Below the pieces are notes generated by a model. It saw only the letters and a list, made by a program, of their open reading frames with translations, was not told where the DNA came from and did not search any database. A stretch of DNA of 64,000 bases, taken from the human T2T-CHM13v2.0 reference genome, Homo sapiens. Shown here piece by piece: positions 58,160 through 64,000 of the stretch. Position numbers and translations under genes: made by a program. The DNA is taken from assembly GCF_009914755.1 (NCBI RefSeq), contig NC_060942.1; one strand, written 5' to 3'. Every line of letters begins with the position of its first letter. Positions within the stretch are counted from its first letter, which is position 1.

Positions 58160-58307
58160 ATTATTTCTTTGAATATGCTTTCATCCCTACTCTCTCCTAG
58201 TCTTTGGGGAATCCAATAACATACATGCCAAATCTTTAGATACAATCCCCAAAATCCCTTAGACTCTGCTGATAATTTTTTCAGTCTATTTTGTCTCTGC
58301 TATTCTG
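58160..58307 (-). repeat. Inverted ~148-bp copy of 50498-50643 (L1MC ORF1 segment)
   Basis: About 12 differences in ~148 aligned bases by hand count. Confidence 0.93.
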
Positions 58308-59168
58308 TCATTTCTATCCGATTCTTTCAAATAAAATAAAACGGAGAAAGCCTCAAGTTGTTGCAACACTTTTCTAAATCAAAAGATTTGGCCAAAAGAA
58401 AATCCAGAAAATAGGCAGTAGAATCAACAATCATAGCATATGCAAAAAATAAATTTATCACATAATGAATTCAAAATAATGTTCAATATGTTTAACGTGA
58501 ATTAAAGATAAAGTGGAGAAATTCAACAGAGTATATAAAATTATGAAAAAATTATTAAATAGAAACTCTGGAACTTAGACTGAAATTTAAAACTCAATAA
58601 ATGAATTTAGTAGCTGAATAGAAACAGATAAAATCAAAATAAATGAATTGGAATAAACCATTAATCTGCATTAATCCAGGATATAGTCAAAAGAATACAT
58701 GGAAATTCTGTCGCTCAAAAAGAGAGGAATGAGAAAATGAAGCAGAAATTCAATTTTCAAGAGATAATTTCTGGTGATTTTTCAAAACTGAAAAATGAAA
58801 TCAAGTCACAGATAAGAGAAGCACTATAAATTTTAAGTTAGGTAAATAGCAGTTTAAACAAAACAAATGAAAACAAAAACTAGCCTAATCACAATAAAAC
58901 TCTGACAACTAAACAATAGAATAACATCTTAAAAGCAGCCAGAGATTAAAGAAAAATATTACCTTTAAAGCACAAGAAAAACTCAAGAGCTAATTCTTCC
59001 CCATAAATAATAAAAGTCAGGCGACGAAGTAATAATATCTTTAATAGGCTAAAAAATAACTGCCATCCAAGAATGTATTATTCTTAAAAGACTAATAAAA
59101 TAACACATAACTATCTTGGTAATACATAGAGATAATGATATAAATAAAAGAAAAAAGAAGACAGATGT

Positions 59169-60090
<922 letters not shown>

Positions 60091-61006
60091 GCAAGAAAGT
60101 AGAGGAACAATTAGAGAAGCATAATGATAAATAGAAAATAACAACATTGTAGATTTGAATGCAAACGTGTCAGTAATTACATGAATGCAAATGAACTAAG
60201 TATTCCAATTAGAAGACATAAATTGTCAGATTGGATTAAAAAAATATATATGTTTCTTACAAGAGACACACTTTAAATAAAAGGATATAGAAAAATTGAA
60301 AGTAAAATAATGAGAAAAATACAGATCTAGTATGCAAAAACTAATGACAATAATCCTCATATAACTGTACTATTTGTCTAAATAGATTTTAAAGCAAGAA
60401 ACATTAGTTAGCATGAAAACTAACACTGCATAATTATAAAGGCTGAGCGCACTAAGAAGATAAAAATTATTCTAAAATACAAAAATAGCCTAATAAAATA
60501 ATAATAAATAACTAATAAAATAAGTGAAAATTCGCAATTATAATGGGTGATTTTAATTCTCAACAAAAGAGAGAACATCCAGAAAAAAACAATAAAAGCA
60601 AGAGACATTTTTTTGCAATAAGATTTCATGTTCTTTTCAAGTACACAGAAAACATTTATCAAAATAAATCATATTTTGAACTATAAGAATCTGAAATGAT
60701 TGAAACCATTCAGAATATGTTCTCTTTACTACACCTAAATTAAGTTAAAGATAAAATTAAAAAATCACTAGAAAGTCTACATTGTTGAAACGTAAGCAAT
60801 TCATTCTAAATAACTAATATGTCAAAGCAAAAAGTCACAATGTTAGAAAACATTATGAACTTGATAACAAAAATACTGTATATCAGAATTAGAGGAAAGT
60901 TTTTAAACAAACAAATTTATTATGATGATAGAAAAACAAAAAGCTGATAACCTGGATATGTATTCTAAAAAGTTTAAAAAAGAACAGAAAACTAAATCCA
61001 AACAAA

Positions 61007-61311
61007 GGGGGCCACCCTTATGGTGATAACTGAGCCCCGGCTCTGAGTTCATGGAGATCTAATTATTTAAAAATGTGTGGCACCTCGCCCCTGCACTCTC
61101 TCTCTCTCGCTCCTGCTTTCTCCAGATGAAGTGCCTGCTCCCATTTTCCTTTGGGCCGTGATTCTAAGTTTCCTGAGGCCTCCCCAGAGGCAGATGCCAG
61201 CACTGTGTTTCCTGAACAGACTGTAGAACTGTGAGCCAATTAAACCTCTTTTCTTATAAATGACCCAATCTCAGATGGTTCTTTGTAGCAATGCAAGAGC
61301 AGCCTAATACA
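61007..61311 (+). mobile_element. MSTB-like LTR, 5'-truncated
   Basis: AAGTTTCCTGAGGCCTCCCCAG..AGAACTGTGAGCCAATTAAACCTCTTTTC..CTAATACA. Confidence 0.88.
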
Positions 61312-61319
61312 CTTACTCT

Positions 61320-63904
61320 TTCCTTTCAGCCTCGACCTATTTGAAAACCAAGTCCAGGCTCTTGTTTGTTTGATTGCTTGCTTTTTTTGTTTTGTTTTGT
61401 TTTGTTTGAGTGCTTGTTTACCAGGTTCTCCCTTAATTATCAGACTTAGTTATACATTTGGCAGATATATCACAGAAGTGATAATATGTCCTCAGTGCAT
61501 CATATAAAGAAAAACAATATTGGTGGTGATGACCTTGATTATGTTTTCCTTTGCAATTAATAAGTAACTTTTGATGCAATACTTTGAGACTAAGTAAACT
61601 TTTGTTCCTCATCAAAAGTTTCCATGTTAATTTTAGCACACACTGATTTTTCTAACTCCATATTCCTCCTATGTTTAATAACAGGAATTCTACTGAAACA
61701 AAGTTCTTTTCTCTTGCTTTACTTACTTTATGTAATTATTAACTGACAGACTTTTTTATCTAACGGGCTAGAAACCATTACAATAACTATTTATTTTTGA
61801 TTCTCAAAATGTCCCAGGTTTGGTCAGAGGGACCCATTTAAAGCATTTAAAGTTGTTTTTTTGTGTCATTTGGGTATCCCTGTCATTTTTTCGAGCACTT
61901 TCTTACTTTCTGGTGCAGACGTTACCAGGTCACTTTATACTTCCCCTGTCTTATTCCTGGAATCATCTTTTTATTTTTCAAAAGAACTCTTGTTCTTTTG
62001 ACTAGATACTCATATCTAGAGACCAAGATCTGAGTCCAAGGTGTGTGCTTATTGCATCAATCAGTTTCAGGGTGGCAGAGTTAAGAAATGCGCATATGTG
62101 TACTTCTGTATATATACCTGTGTTTCCATATGTCTGTCATCTGTGATCTATCTTTGTACCTATCTATATATACATCCCCATTTATCTATTCAAAATGATG
62201 AGCATACTGGTACCACCCATCCTAACACTTTACTATGGGATATATGCTGGCCTTTCCTCTTTATCATTATATTTACAATTCCCTTTTCCAACAGAAAAAA
62301 ACCCTGACTGTTATATTCCAAATATATTTAAGTACTTTCCCAGAATACACACACACACTTCAAAATCATCAATACATACCACCATGAAAAGCACATAATA
62401 ACTAGATTTTAATAGTCATTTATGCTTGTTTTTGAAGTTGATTTTATATAATATGGAAGGCACAGATCTTCAATGTGCAATATGTTGCACATTGTGTAAT
62501 ATGTTGAGCTTTGGCAATGTGATGACCTGTGCAAGTCATATGTCTATAGAAATATAGAATTTTTCTTTATTACTTTCTTAGGTAAATATACACCATAGAC
62601 AACCGTGTTTTTAAAATTACTATTAATGAAATTCGTATCTCCCAATAGTTGTATAAATAGAATTATAAATGTTTATAACATGTGTCTGGGTTTATCACAC
62701 AGCATGAAATCTGTGGGGCTCATGAACGTTAGAATGCTAACAGTTTTTGTTGTTGTTGATGGTGGTTGTCAAAGAATATTCTATTACATGAGTTTACCAT
62801 AGTTAATATTTTACAGATAAATAGTTTTAGATTGTTTCCAGGTTTTGCTGTTATAAATAAAGTTTCTGTGAACATTCTTATAAAAGTATTTTTGTAGAGA
62901 AATGTTTTATTCACTCTTGGATAAGACAACTGGGAGTGGAATTATTGGATCATGGAGTTTAATTTGATGACAAACTGTCAAATATTTTACTAAGTAGTTG
63001 TTTCATTTCGCATTTGTGCCAACAATGTTTGATAGATCCCACTATTTCACACACTTACCCATATTTGGTACTGCAAATCTTTTTAATTTTAGCCATGATA
63101 GTAAGTAGGTATATCTAATTTTGTTTTTAAAAAAATATCCTGGTAAACCATACTAACCAATTTCTATGTGTTTATTCACCATTTATATATCCTCTTTTGT
63201 AATACTCAAATGTTTATTTTAAATTTTAAATATGCTTAAATTATTTTAGATATAAATTCCTTGTCAAATATATACATATATATCACAAAATATTTTCTTC
63301 AAAACTGTGTCTTGCCTATTCAATTTGAAAATTGTGGTGTGATTTAGCATAATAAAGCATTTAAATTTTTATAGAAGTAAAAAAATCAAGATTTATTATT
63401 ATTATTATTGTCATTATTATTCTACTCTATGTTCTATGCAAAAAATCCTTTTCTACTTCCCAGGAGCAAAAGTATTTTCCTATTTTTCTTCTAGGAGGTT
63501 TATAATTGTGACATTTTCATTTGGCTTGCTTTATATCTCAAATTAATATTTTGTGTACAAAGTAAGTAGAAATTCACTTTTCATATGTGTAGTCACATGT
63601 TCTAAAACCATTTCCTAAAAATACTTTTATTTACCATTAGAGAATATTTGTAAAAAAATACTAAGTAAGTGGAGGTCTATTTCTGTGTTCCTAGACCTGT
63701 TGTATAGGCCTTTTTTTGTACTCTTATTCCAATAAAGTACTATCATGGATATTATAGTTTTATTGTAAATCTCAAAGTCTTCAAGAATCTGTTCTCTAAC
63801 ACTTACCTATTTCAAAATTGTATTGACAATTCTATAACTTTTTCATTTCCATTAAATTTCAGAATCAGCATGTCAATTTATGTAAAAAGACTTGCTAAAA
63901 GTAT
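61320..63904 (-). mobile_element. Old L1M fragments (L1MC4/5-like 3' UTR, then L1ME/MC 3' UTR into ORF2)
   Basis: CTCAAAATGTCCCAGGTTTGG, CTAGAGACCAAGATCTG, GGAGTGGAATTATTGGATCAT, AAATTTCAGAATCAGCATGTCAAT. Confidence 0.75.
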
Positions 63905-64000
63905 TGATAGCAGCAGGAGACAGTAAAATTCCTAGGCAGACAGGGATAGGTGGGTCCCCAGTGAAACCCAACTTTCAAGACAAAGACAGATTGAAGCCTG
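63905..64000 (+). mobile_element. ERV1 LTR start (LTR27-like), runs off the window
   Basis: TGATAGCAGCAGGAGACAG..CTAGGCAGACAGGG..GTGAAACCC, homologous to the start of the LTR at 22477. Confidence 0.85.

Overview
AT-rich, CpG-poor primate DNA, judged human or great-ape-like from its AluJ/S/Y, L1PA/L1M, MaLR and ERV1 content. It reads as a gene desert or deep intron. I can support no protein-coding gene, RNA gene, CpG island or CRISPR-type system, and the ORF track is explained by Alu, L1, LTR and microsatellite sequence. Most of the window is nested transposon debris: a full MSTA MaLR element, a TSD-flanked L1MA-type element with both ends but internal deletions, a twin-primed L1PA, a decayed L1MC, three ERV1 LTRs, 14 Alu copies or fragments, MER2/MER2B/Tigger3, L2 and MIR. 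The most unusual signal is a recurring set of short local copies in inverted orientation. These are a 106-bp-arm palindrome (17.86-18.10 kb), a 38-bp fold-back (49.2-49.3 kb), a ~148-bp ~92%-identical inverted copy 7.5 kb from its partner (50.5 and 58.2 kb) and an inverted L1 3'-end piece inside its own family's ORF2 (51.9 kb). A run of five adjacent stem-loops in apparently unique DNA at 38.15-38.34 kb is also notable. Subfamily names come from my recall of consensus sequences and identities are hand-counted; both need RepeatMasker/Dfam and alignment confirmation.
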